Assembly (NCBI GenBank): GCA_039096225.1
Contig: JBBPEB010000028.1
Location: forward strand, 248,001-312,000
Origin: Blastocystis sp. Blastoise
Lineage: Eukaryota > Protista > Bigyra: Opalinata
Reading direction: 5' to 3'
Length of the DNA: 64,000 nt
Shown here one piece after another: positions 20,716 through 33,651 of this stretch (its first letter is position 1; every line of letters starts with the position of its first letter). The position numbers were made by a program, and so were the translations under genes. The notes under the pieces were generated by a model. It saw nothing but the letters and a program-made list of their open reading frames with translations, searched no databases and was not told the DNA's origin.

Positions 20716-21236
20716 CTTAACATCATTCTTATGTGGTTTAAACTATTTCTAAGTGGCTTTCTCTACAGCATTTATAATCTTGCCAACCATGTGAAATAAC
20801 CCTAATGACCGCTTTATAGGAATAATAATAAGATTGCAACGGAAACCCTAAGTAGAGAAAAGAGGGATATAAATAATATAAATAATAATAAGAATAATAT
20901 ATATCTAATATATATTATATAATTAATATTTATGCAATATATATAATATATTAATACTATATAAATCCTTTGAATTCGTGTGTATTGGTCATTTCATTAG
21001 ATAAATGACTATGCCTGTAACGGTACTTGTAACGCTCTTAACAAATCCCTCAGCACCATCTCTAATATCTACATATAATATAATATAAACATATTATGTA
21101 TATAATATAATATATTATATAATACATACCTAATAATGAATTTCTGTTTCTTTTTGTAAACATATTATTTCGTTCTCTTTTGAAGTCTTTATCTAATAAC
21201 ATCATAGTAAATACAGTATCAACACTTTCTGACATT
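20716..21236 (-). pseudogene. Decayed VPS13 C-terminal (APT1/ATG2_C-like) fragment
   Basis: MSESVDTVFTMMLLDKDFKRERN|DIRDGAEGFVKSVTSTVTGIV resembles the Gly-rich VPS13 C-terminus. In-frame stops follow. Confidence 0.5.
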
Positions 21237-24200
21237 TATATATATAAAATAGTTACAGAAATAGAAATGATAAAAAATATTATTTATGCAATATATATAT
21301 ATCATTAATATTAAAAAAGAATAAAAAATATTTATGTATACTAAATACAAATATAATCAAACATAATTCACAAATCATAAGTGATAATGTTGGTAAAATC
21401 ATCTTGAAAATCTTGTCTTTCTTTTTCTGATAATGTAATTATTACTTTACGCGTATTCGATTACAATAGTCATGACAAAACGATGATCTTTACTGAAATA
21501 GAATTCTCTGCCTTTGAAGTTAAACAGATGATTTAGAATTTTAAAAGCTCATTCACTAACATCTTCATTTCCAACACGATATACGTGATCCTAGAATGAT
21601 ATTATATTTGTAACAATACTGATATAAATTTAATATAAAAATATACAACAAAAAATCAATCACGCTTTCTTTCTACAAATGATGGCTTTTAATCTTCTTT
21701 TAAGTATTTGACTAATAATATACAAACTTCGATTATATCAAGAAGATTCTAAGTAGGCTGCCAAAACGACATCAAATATAATAAATCAACTAGAAAAACC
21801 TAATTGCAGACATATAATCTCTTCAATATAAAGCATACTTATGTATATTGATATACAATATCATAACTTTATTCTCTATTTGTAACTAATACAATATACA
21901 TAGATTCTAAGAAAACTAATTAACTTTTAAATTTTAAATTTGATTATGATTAAATTAAATTTTTACTGTAAAAATGTAAAAAAAAACAGAAATATTCACA
22001 AAAATTGTTATTCATTCTTTATACTATTGTTCTTTTTGAATATGCATCTTATAAAGAATGTATTGCTAACAATTCGAAAAATGCATGATAATCGAGCGTA
22101 TATTAGTTTTTAAAAGTCTTAATAGTCTCCCATTTACTTTCATTCTTAGTTTGTGTTGATGAATCGTTGATCTTGATACAAATAACTGTTATATGATGTA
22201 TGATATAGATAACAGTTACGAATACTGCGTATGAAGATATATTATTATGAATGTTCTTATAATGTTGGCTTCAACGAATTATTTTGATGCATTAATTGTT
22301 GCAATGAAGCATACAGCTTCCAATCACTGAGAAATCATGAATGTAATTAATAATAATTATTATTTTTTACTGATTGTTAATCCCGTTACTTCTTGTTGGT
22401 AATCATTGATCTTTTTAGATGGATATTTTATCTTGAAGTTAAACACAATGATTTTAACAATTATTTATATTCTTCAGTTCAATTTGTTGGTACATTCTTC
22501 TTCTTCTTCTTCCATTTCTTTTGTTGATTTAGTATTCAATGTAACTTTGTATCTGCATATCTTTAATTTTTTGGTTACCAAACATAAGATTTCAGTACTT
22601 TTTATGATATTACGAATCTTCTGGGATTCATTGTTCCTAGTCTTTTGTATCCTCATTAATATCTCCTCTTCCCGTTTATTTTCCTATATCTTGATTTTTT
22701 CCCGTAATTGTAATTGATATTCTGTAACTGATTATTCATTTCCTTTATTTATTATAATTTTACTAATTACTTTTAATATTCTTTTCATATCTTTTTCTAT
22801 GTCTTTACTTCCTTTTAGTATTATTTCCTTTGTAACTCCACCAATATTATTCTTTTTATATCTCGTTAGTTTTACGTTTTATCTTAAATAGTCTTCCTTC
22901 ATTCTGTTATTCTTCATGATTTACTCTGTTTTCTTTACAGCTGATTCATTAATTATAATTTTATTCATTTACTTCTTCGTTAATCTTTCTTGTTTTGTCT
23001 TCACTATTATTAAATATTGTACATGTATATAACTTTGTTTATCTCTTTATTTTAAGATTTCCTTCTATCCTTTTAAATTTCAGTTCTGGCTTTAACCATC
23101 ATTTTCCATTTATTTAAATATCTATTCTTCATCTTTGTTATTCATTTATTAAAGTAATTAGCCATTAATATTGTTTTAATTTTCCATTTCTTTATTATAA
23201 ACAATTCAATTTTAGTATATTTTTGTACTTTTTTTCTACGTTTTTCCCTATTAATCAACTTTGTATCTATTTCCTATTTCTTCAATAGTTACCTTTTGTC
23301 TATTTTATTAACTCACGTAATTAATATATTTTTAATATTATCTTCTCTTTATCATTAATTAGAACCATATTTAAATATATACTCCAATTGATTATGTATA
23401 TACATTTTTATATGTCCTTCTAAATACCTCTATTACAGTATATATCTCTATCATTCATTTTCTCCTTCTCGTTGTATATTTTCGGCAGTTTTCTTTGTTG
23501 AGTACTTAAATAGCATGATGATAGGGTTCCTATTACACTTTAAAATTATATCCTTCTTTCTACTCATTTGCAAGCTTCATGTACATTTTTGGTTTTTGTT
23601 TGATTTTTAATACCCATTTATTTATACTATAAGTAATGTTATCTTCTTTTCAGAACTTTTTATAATTTTGTAATATTGTTTATGTTCATCACCTTTTCTT
23701 ATTTATTACGACTGTATATATATGATTCTTTATCATTGATATATCCTTATATGTTTTATTTTCATTTATTTTTTGATTTCATATCTGCGTCATCTTCTAG
23801 AAATACTTTAACTGATTTATATTTTGTTTCTATCTTCTTTATCATCGTAACTCATCTTATCCTTCTTTAATCCATTTTCATTATTCATACTGATATATAT
23901 TCTTTATTCATAAAAATTGCTTTATGTTTATCGTTTATGATACTTATATATGCTATTCTTTGTTATTGTTTCAATTTTATTTTCCTCCATGATTATATAA
24001 ACTTGATATAAATCGTACAGACTTCCTCCTAAATTCATAAATATATATATCATTTTTCATCTTTTGATCTTATGTCCATAGCATTTCTTTATCAATGGTT
24101 GTAATTCAAATAAGTATCAAAATTTAAGTCAGTTTTATGTGTTTAGTTATTCCTGTTTCAATGTTATTATTGTTATTCTAATTCTGTTATGTTCTGATAT

Positions 24201-24949
24201 ATGTATTAAATATCACCATAAATTCTTTGAATAATTATCTTCTTTCTAATCTGCATTCAGTTATATTTCTCTTTTTTATATCATTACAATTATATCATCT
24301 CGGTTTAAATTAAAGTCTGTTTCAGTATTCCCTTTTGAGACTTTATATTCGTTTCCACTTCTCTTCTTGTTCCTGAGTTTCTTTATATTTTTTTCCTTTA
24401 TTACATTAAATATTTAGTAACAGTAACATATGAATAAACATTAGTGATGAAGAAGTGCAAATTATGACGAAATACTTTTTGAAATATCAAATTATTACAT
24501 AGATAAGCATAAATAAAGAAAAATAAATAAAGATTTTATTTTTAAATATATTTATTAGTTAGCTTATTATTATGATAAACATAACAACGATTAGTAGTAT
24601 TAAGAAACAAACTAACTTATTTTATGCTTAGTATGTGATATAAGGAATTATTTTATTTACTCTAAAGTATTAGAAATTATTCATCTTCTATTATTTAATA
24701 ATGGCTAACAAAAGTTATGGAAATAAAAAAGTATATAAAATATAGAAATTTATAATAGGTTATAAGGATTAATAGTTATAATATAGAATAAATTATATAG
24801 TAAAACATAAAACAGTCAATATATATATATAATAATAATAATATTGTATATATATAATAATAATAATATTGTATATATTAAAGAATATATACTGTCTACA
24901 TAATATATTTATACAAATTAATTCAAATAATATATTTAAAAGATGGAAA

Positions 24950-26348
24950 CTAGAGCTTATAATTTCTTTTACATCTTTGAATTTTTCGTGGGGAAAATCT
25001 TTTTGCATGTCTGAGACGTAATTTGTTTGGATTACAGATAAATGATTTGTGTCCAATAGAAGAAGATTCCTTTTTATGATATTTCTTCTTAACATCACAG
25101 TGTCTTCTATTACGAAGTATATTTAATGAATACATTAGTCTATTATAAGCACATAGACTATATAATATAAAGAAACATATGAAGAAAATATATATACTTT
25201 TCATTTCTAAATTGTTCCAATTTCTTTTTTGATATTTTTTTACTATGATTACAATCGTTAATATCATTTAATTCATTTATTGATAAGAGTGCATCTGAGA
25301 CAGAAGTGAAACCTATATATATATAATAGAATCTAATACATATTATACGTCTTTTTATACTGTCATATCCTTTGAGAGATGACATAGCCTTAATTTGATT
25401 ATACATTTGAATTCTATCTCTTTCTGTTATATCATTGTAACTGATATTGGGTTCTAAAACCCATAAAGCATAATTATCGATAATATATTTTAGGTTTTTT
25501 AATAAATACATCCCACAATCAAAAGAATTATGCTGTTGTGGAGATACCTATGTATTTAAAATATTTAAAAAATATATAGCATACATATTTGTATATTCTT
25601 ATTTTAATAGCATTTGGAAGAATAGTATTATACATATATTCATTTTGTGATTCCATGATAAGTTTTCTTTGGTATTCTAATACTAAACACTTAACAAATC
25701 TATATATATATATTATTAGATTGTTTCTTTAAAGAAATACAAAATATATACATTTCGATTTCTTTATTACATGAATAGATATTGCATTTAAGAGAGTCAT
25801 AGCAGCGTATATAGAGCTAAAAAATTAATTTAATAATTGTTAATAATATACCTCAACACTAGTTGATGTTGGATTATGTTTTTTCTCTATATAAAGAAAA
25901 ATGATACTTTTTGATAGATTTTTAGCAATAAAAAATAATACCAAATAACTATTCATACCTTTTAAAAAACTGTTAATATCAAATGTATAGAGTAGCCAAT
26001 GATTATTTCTATAATAATAAAAATATACAATAATCATTCATACAATAGATAAGGAATCAAAACTACCGTTTTATCTGAATCTATTATTTTATTTACCATA
26101 GATATAAACTATAAAGAAATTAAGAAATAGTTATTATATCTACATACTGGTTTTTCATTAATGCATCTTTTATCAATTGAGAGTCTATCAAAATAGTTTA
26201 TTATATATATACAATTTTCTATTTTTAGAGATTGGCAGATAGATTCTCTTTTAATCCATAAATAGTTTGAATATGAATCTATTATATAATCATTAAGGTA
26301 TAACTCCTTTGAGTTAGTACATAAATCAACAGATTTCAACAATATTCC
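24950..26348 (-). CDS. Ulp1/SENP (peptidase C48) domain exons of the fusion gene
   Basis: Catalytic His (NHW, about 26000), Asp (YDSL, about 25797) and Gln/Cys (PQQHNSFDCG, about 25515-25541) occur in the correct order and frame. Confidence 0.88.
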
Positions 26349-29300
26349 CTATATATTATTCATATGTTTAGTATATATCATACCTTCGATCGTTCTACTA
26401 ATAAATTTTCGTATTCGTTGGTCTCTATATAAGTCTCTATGAAATATTGATATTAATAGCTTTATATACTGTCTTTATTATCGTCATCCATTTGACTATT
26501 ATCTGATACATTAATAATATCAGAACAATTAGATAAACGATTATCTGTTTTTCTACTATCTTTTTGTATATCAATAATTATATTATCAACATTTAAATTA
26601 TTTTTTTCGTTATCTGCTATATATGAAGAATAATACCATAATATAAAAATAATGTTATGTATAATTGTTCATGAAATCAAACTATGTTAAAAATAATATA
26701 TATACTTTCTTCATGAATTGATGATATGTCAACAGTAGGTGTAACTTCTATGTTTATTTCATTAAACAAAGAATCTGATGGTTTACTTTCGTTTCGTAAT
26801 ATTTTATCTATAAAAAGATAAAATAAATGTATGATTATATATATATTTATAAAATCATTGAAAGAATAAAGTATATTTATTTAATATACCATGATTATTG
26901 ATAGTATCTTCAGAAATAAGATATTTTACTATAGAAAGAAATATATAGCAAACTATAAATGAAATAATATACACAAGCGTTTCACGACTGGCTACGCCAG
27001 CCTACGCTTGGGTTTTGATAGTTGTCATCTCTTAATTATTATATTTTATGTTGATTTTTTTTTAAATATTATGTTTATTTTTATGTTTTTGTTATTCATT
27101 TCTATTTTTTTATTTTTAGGATGAAGACTATTTCATATTTTATAAATTATTATTTCAATTGTTTTAGTTGTTATCTTCTATTGTTTAGTTATTAGTTTAG
27201 TATATTCTAAATAATTTAATTCACAATTTATTCATAATTCCTATTTAACATTTTATATTACATTTTTTGAGTATTATTTCCTTTTTTATTTAGTATTATT
27301 TTAGCTATTTTTATTATTGATTATATATATTTATTGTTTATTAATGATAATTGATTAGCTCTTGTGTTTTAGTTTTGATCTTATTCATATTTCTATTTCT
27401 ATTTCTATTTCTATTTCTATTTCTATTTCTATTTCTATTTCTATTTCTATTTCTATTTCTATTTCTATTTCTATTTCTATTTCTATTTCTATTTCTATTT
27501 CTATTTCTATTTCTATTTCTTTTTCTATTTCTTTTTCTATTTCTATTTCTATTTCTATTTCTATTTCTATTTCTATTTCTATTTCTATTTCTATTTCTAT
27601 TTCTATTTCTATTTCTATTTCTATTTCTATTTCTATTTCTATTTCTATTTAGTTTTTAGTTTTCAATATTAATTCACTTTTCTTTGTTATTTCATTTATA
27701 ACTTTCTATGTATTTTATCAATTCATTTAGTTTTATAAATATTTAGTATTTTAAATAATATCAATATGATTATAAAATACTTTTTCTTTTAAAACATATT
27801 ATTATCACTTATACCCTACCTTTAAATATTTATGTTTTATTTGAATTAGTCTATATAATTATTATTGTGAGAAATAGCTTATTCTCTTGTCTAAAAAAAT
27901 ATTATATATTCTTTTTTATTCTTTTCATATATTGTTTTGTTTTATTTTTAAAATATTATAATTTTGATATCTATTTGTTTTTTTATATTTTATCCTTTCC
28001 TTTTATATATACTATTATATAAATATTTTAGAAATTTTATTATACAGCTTTTCTCAATTAATAAATGTTTAATTATATAAATAGTAATCATATCTTGATA
28101 TTATTTGATAAATATTATAATTTTTCTTTTATTATACTTATTTTAGTTTGAATTATTAATACAAAAGTACTCTTAATAATTAAAAGATATTTATTACTTT
28201 ATATAATAAACAAAAAAATTAGAGTCTTATTTTAATATTTATCATTAATAGAATCTATTCGTTTTAAGTAAAAGAGAATATTTATAGAGAAATTATCTTT
28301 TCATTATTTAAAATTAATTAATTCAAGTTTAATTCAATTTTTATAGTGTTATCAAAATCATTTCATTAAATGAAACGAAAAACTAAATATAAACCAAAAA
28401 TTACATTCCATTTCATAACTAAATAGATTTAAATACTTTGGAAACTTTACCTATTATACATAAAATATAGTTTATAAAACAAATAAGTTATTTTTAAAAA
28501 ACTCTAAAAGATTTTAACGTTTTTAAATACACATATCCACTTTTATTAAAACGAATTTTATATTAATATACATATATATTTAATTTATTATTTTAATTTG
28601 TAAAAAATAACTTGAATCTCTTTTGTTTTAAGTCACAATTACAAAGAATGAGTTCTTTTGAAAGACAAAAAACATTCTTTAAACAATAATAATTTTGTAT
28701 TTAGTGACATAAAAACGTATTATACAGTTTTAGAAACAATTAAAATCTTTTTACCCATTTTAACACTCCTATCAAACAGTCAACCATGTTTAATTAAACT
28801 AATTTTTAATATTTTATATTCTATAATAAGTCTATTTATTATTATTATAAAAAGTGACTTGAATCTCTTGACTTAACTATTGTAATTCTAAAAAAATAAT
28901 TTTTTGAACAACTTAAAATGTTTATTTATTGTAGATTTTAATATAAAATACTCTAAAAACACTCAATATATACTTATTGTAACCATTTTAGAAAAATAGA
29001 CTCATTTTAACATTTTGGTCAAACACACAACCACCTTTATTTCAAACAATTCTTTTATTATTATAAACATTAAACACTCTAATACTCATTTTTATAAAAA
29101 GTGTATTGAATCTCTTCACTTAAGACAGTCAAACAGACAATTCAAAATTATTTTATCCTTTAAACTCATTATAAAGTGATAATATTTATAGAATTGCTTT
29201 GATATGTGGTTTAGGACATATTTAACTACTTTTTTCAAAATTATGAGTCAACATGTGCATATACTCATACACTCGTCTAACTTATTTTTGACTAATTTTT

Positions 29301-32300
29301 TGAGAAATGCAATACATATAATGTCTAGTTTTCAAATATGTAAAAATTAATTGTCAAATATGAATTTGATTTGTCAACTTTCGGAAAATTTTTAGAAAAA
29401 TGATTTTTCAATTTTCAGTTTTTTAACATGTTATACTATTGACTCTACTGAACTCATTTCTTAATTAATTTTAAATGTTAAAATTTATATTATTAATATG
29501 TGTTATTCTCTATATTTATTTGCTAAAATTATATTAAATAATTAAATATTGACTGAGAAATTAATGTTATAAAGTATACCCTTTTTTCAAAAATTAATTT
29601 TTTTATGTTTTGCATATATAATTTTTTATCTCAAAAGTTATTTAATATTTTGATAATATTTTTATAAATATATAAACTATAGGTTGTCTAGTTTATATAT
29701 AAGTTTTATTTATTTTTTAAAAATTAATATTGATGGAGAAATTGTCAAAATAAACTATAGTATCCAAAATGCTTTCTTCTTTTTAAACGACTTATTTCAC
29801 TAATTAAAGATAATTAAAAGCATATTTATTTATTTAAAGCATATTTATGATATTTACAACTTAGTAAGACTGATAACTTACTTTTTAGAACAAACATTGT
29901 CTGTATCAGTTCAACATGTTGTCCTAACTTTTTCAAATAAATCATATTCAGTGTCCATGAATGATTCTAAACACTAATTAAAACGTTTTAAGAGTTTATT
30001 GAGTTAACATTGTCTGGTGATCTGTTGTCACAGTCTTTTAAAAACAAAATAAAATTATAAAATATGTTTATTTTGATATATAGTTTTTAAATATAAAGTC
30101 TAATGTCAAATAAAATTGTTAATGATGAAAATATAAACAAAAAACAAATGAAAACTTTTTAAGAAAATTTTTTGAAAGTCATTTTTTATTGAGTTCAACT
30201 ATTGACTCTTGTCACCTGAGTTTTCAATTAATTAAAAAAATGAAAAATATGTATCTGCTATGACATGTCTAGTTTCTAAATATGTTCTAACTTTTTTATT
30301 TTATTAAGAATTGATTGAGAAATCACAATAACAAACTATACCCTTTTTTTGAAAATTTTCATTTTTATGTTTTTCATATAAATGAATGTTTCTCAGTCAA
30401 TATTAAATATTTAGATAAAATAAAAAATATGTATCTGCAATAGCTTATCTTAATTATAATTATACTTTTATTTTTAAAAAATACCCAAAACTCAAGGAGA
30501 AAGACGAATAACAAACTATACTATCAAAACATCAAAATTTCTATTATCAAATATTTTCTTATTAAAACATATTATTAAAATATAAAACATATTTATGACG
30601 GATACAGAGTTAAATAAATACATTAAAGCTCAAATAAATTTATAAAGAAGGAATGTGTCGGATATCAGTTTGACTTTTGTTGTTATTTAAAGGAATTATT
30701 GTGGTTTCAGAGTAGTTGAGGTCAGTATCATAACAACTGAAACCATTTTAGAGTTTATAGTTAGTGATGTGTGTATTGATATGTTGTCAAGTTGTAAATA
30801 TAAACAAATTTACCCGTCAAAACTATTTATAAGACTAACCCGTCAATAAAAGTCAATTTTATAAAAATAAATATAGAGTATGTGAAGTGATATAGGAAAA
30901 ATAAGAAAACAATAAAAAATGAAAATGGAAAAATAAGTGTTTTTATAAAAATGAAAAATATTGGATAAAATAAAAATAATCCAATAATTTTGGTTAAAAT
31001 TTTGTGCGAAAATGGTTTTTTGCGATTTTTAGCCAGAAATTTAGAGTTTTTGAAAAATTTCTTTAACAGTCATTTTCAGAATTGTGTTCCGGATTTTATG
31101 ATGTTATTTTTATTTTATAAAAGTTAATAACAAAGTCAAGAATAGTGAAAGTCTGTGAGACACCGTACGCTACATGAACTAAATTAAGGATATTAATGAT
31201 GAATCCCATTCAATCTGTGTTATTTTTAAAGATGATAATTGTAGAAAACAATCTTGAACATATTCAGGTATAGAATCACCTAAGTAATATAATAAACTAA
31301 CAATAAATAAATACCTAATATTATGATTCTATTACATCTAAAAATTGATGCCTCAATTAATTGTTTCAGTTGATCAATGTTTTTGATATTTATTTCTGAC
31401 ACTATAACCAATTATAATATCAATAAAAACAAGAAATACAATTTAATTGAAGTTTGCTCATATTGTAGTATATATTAGTATTATATGGTTGTGAATCATA
31501 ATCAATACTAACTGTTTGATTCAAATCTAGATAATATAGTAAAAATATTAATAACGCAAATATATAAAAAGAAGAATATATATATATATCATTACTATAT
31601 ATATGAGAATAGGCAAAAAAATTCCCATTGGTCAGTTTTTGGAAAATGCATTTGATTGGTTAAGGTATACTATAGTTTGTACCCACAACTCCTCTAAACT
31701 TACGGGGAGTTAACTTTTGGTTGAAACACAGTTCAATAGGATATAACATGTAGTTGTGCACCGTATATTTGGTTAAGCGATATTGTTTATAATTAAAAAG
31801 ATATTAATAAAAGAACAGAAAACATGATTTTTGAGTCGTTTTTGATTGGCTCTTTGGGGTGACCCCGATAAAAATTGTTGACCAGACAATTGGAAAATAA
31901 ACATGGGGTAAACTTGATTTTTTATCAATCCCACAATATACGTTATCCGTGTTTATTCTTTATATTTATCTATTTTTTAATACTTTTTCATATTGAACAC
32001 GTGAGGCCTTAACGGTCAAATTTAGATTCTTAATTTGACATCATATTCTGATTCAGGAGGTCAAAAAACCTAGGTGTACCAATTTTCAGCTCCTGAGGAC
32101 GATTTTTGAGTGATCGATATTTTCTTTGATCTTCTTATAATCGACTAATATTACAGTATTGTAATTGATAGGTCCTCAAACTACTATAGTTAAAACAAAG
32201 TCTTAAAATAATGAGTTTGAGTGTCACAATTCTGAAAAATGTGAATTAAGTGGTCTTAGAGGATAAGATTCAATATAATGACTTTTATTTAGTAAACTAG

Positions 32301-33616
32301 AGATAATACTCTATACTATATTAAAAGAAGAGTCAAAACTATGAAAGTCAAAGTGTATGACCAAATGACAAAATGTGTCTTAAAAAGTAAAAGGGTGTCT
32401 ATATGTGTTTCAAATGTTAAGTCAAGTCAATTCTATGAATAAGAGCTTTAAATAAATAGTTTAAGGTTGTCAAATTCAAAAGAATGTGTAAAACATAGTC
32501 TTAAACTATGAATAAAAAATTTAGAGATATTAATCAGTGTACAGCTGTAGTAGCTCTACAACATATCAAAAGTACAAAGAAAATAATTTTTAGAGAGTGG
32601 ATGTGTGAAGGGTTGTGACTATTATTTAAAATTTATTTTTACTTCAGTTTGAGCAAAATCGTGAATTTCGTGCACTGTAGAAAAATTGAGTCAAAAAATC
32701 AACTCTAAGGGTCTTAATTTTGAAAAATGTAAAAATGAGTGACTTAGAGGACGAGATTCAATATTTGAGTGTTTAGTCATTAAACTAGACTGTATGATCT
32801 ATATTATATTAAAAGAAGGGACAAAACTATTTTGATCAAAGTGTATGACCAAATGGTAAAGTGTCTTTAAAAGTGTTATGGTGATGCCAGTTGTGTTTAA
32901 GGGTCTAAATCAAGTTTACTCTTAAAATATCAACTTTAAATAACCAGTTAAAGGTTGTCAATTTGTCAAAATGTTTTAAAGCGTGTCTTAAACAAAGAGA
33001 TTCAAGAAGTTGACTTTCATTTTATACATAACATGTATATATAAACACTTTACTAAAAGAACTTTGGAAAATATTGTGGATGAGTGTTTTGTCAAATGGC
33101 AAAGTTGTATCAAGAGTTGATTGTTTCCATTCATTTTTGTTTAAATCAATGTTTTATGTCTACTCTATAAAAATAACCTTTTAATACTGAGTTTAACGTT
33201 TAAAAGTCAACATGTGTGTTTGGTTTGTTTACTTTTGAGAGTTGAAAATCAGTTTAAAATGATAAATTATGACATACACGTCTATATTGATTGATTCAAA
33301 CAGTTTTGAGATGACTTAGTTGCTCGAGTTAAAATGGATTTTGTTCTCATTCTGACTGTTGTTGAGAAGAGGAAGTCTAAAAAAAACTATAAAAAGTTAG
33401 ATATATGTATGCAATGTCAAAATTGAAAAGTATAAAGTAAAATGGATTAAAATGAATTTAAAAAAGAGAATATATATATATATATATAATATGTAAAAAA
33501 TATTAAAGAAAAAGAAAAATAAGACTTCATGTCAGGAATTGAACCTGAAAACAATCTATAATGATTGTTTCTCTCCTTCTAGAGCATAAAGGGAGTTTAT
33601 AAATAATAATAATAAT

Positions 33617-33651
<35 letters not shown>

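Noticed and set aside
27351-27659. ORFs of (LF)n and (IS)n, and their counterpart at 42421-42777
   Set aside because: They are translations of the (TTTCTA)n microsatellite. The repeat is also not treated as telomeric, since it is internal to a dispersed element.
28658-28876. 72-aa ORF conserved in both family A copies (also 41233-41451)
   Set aside because: It has a TTG start, no recognisable domain, and lies in the 247-bp repeat unit. The conservation is explained by the DNA duplication.
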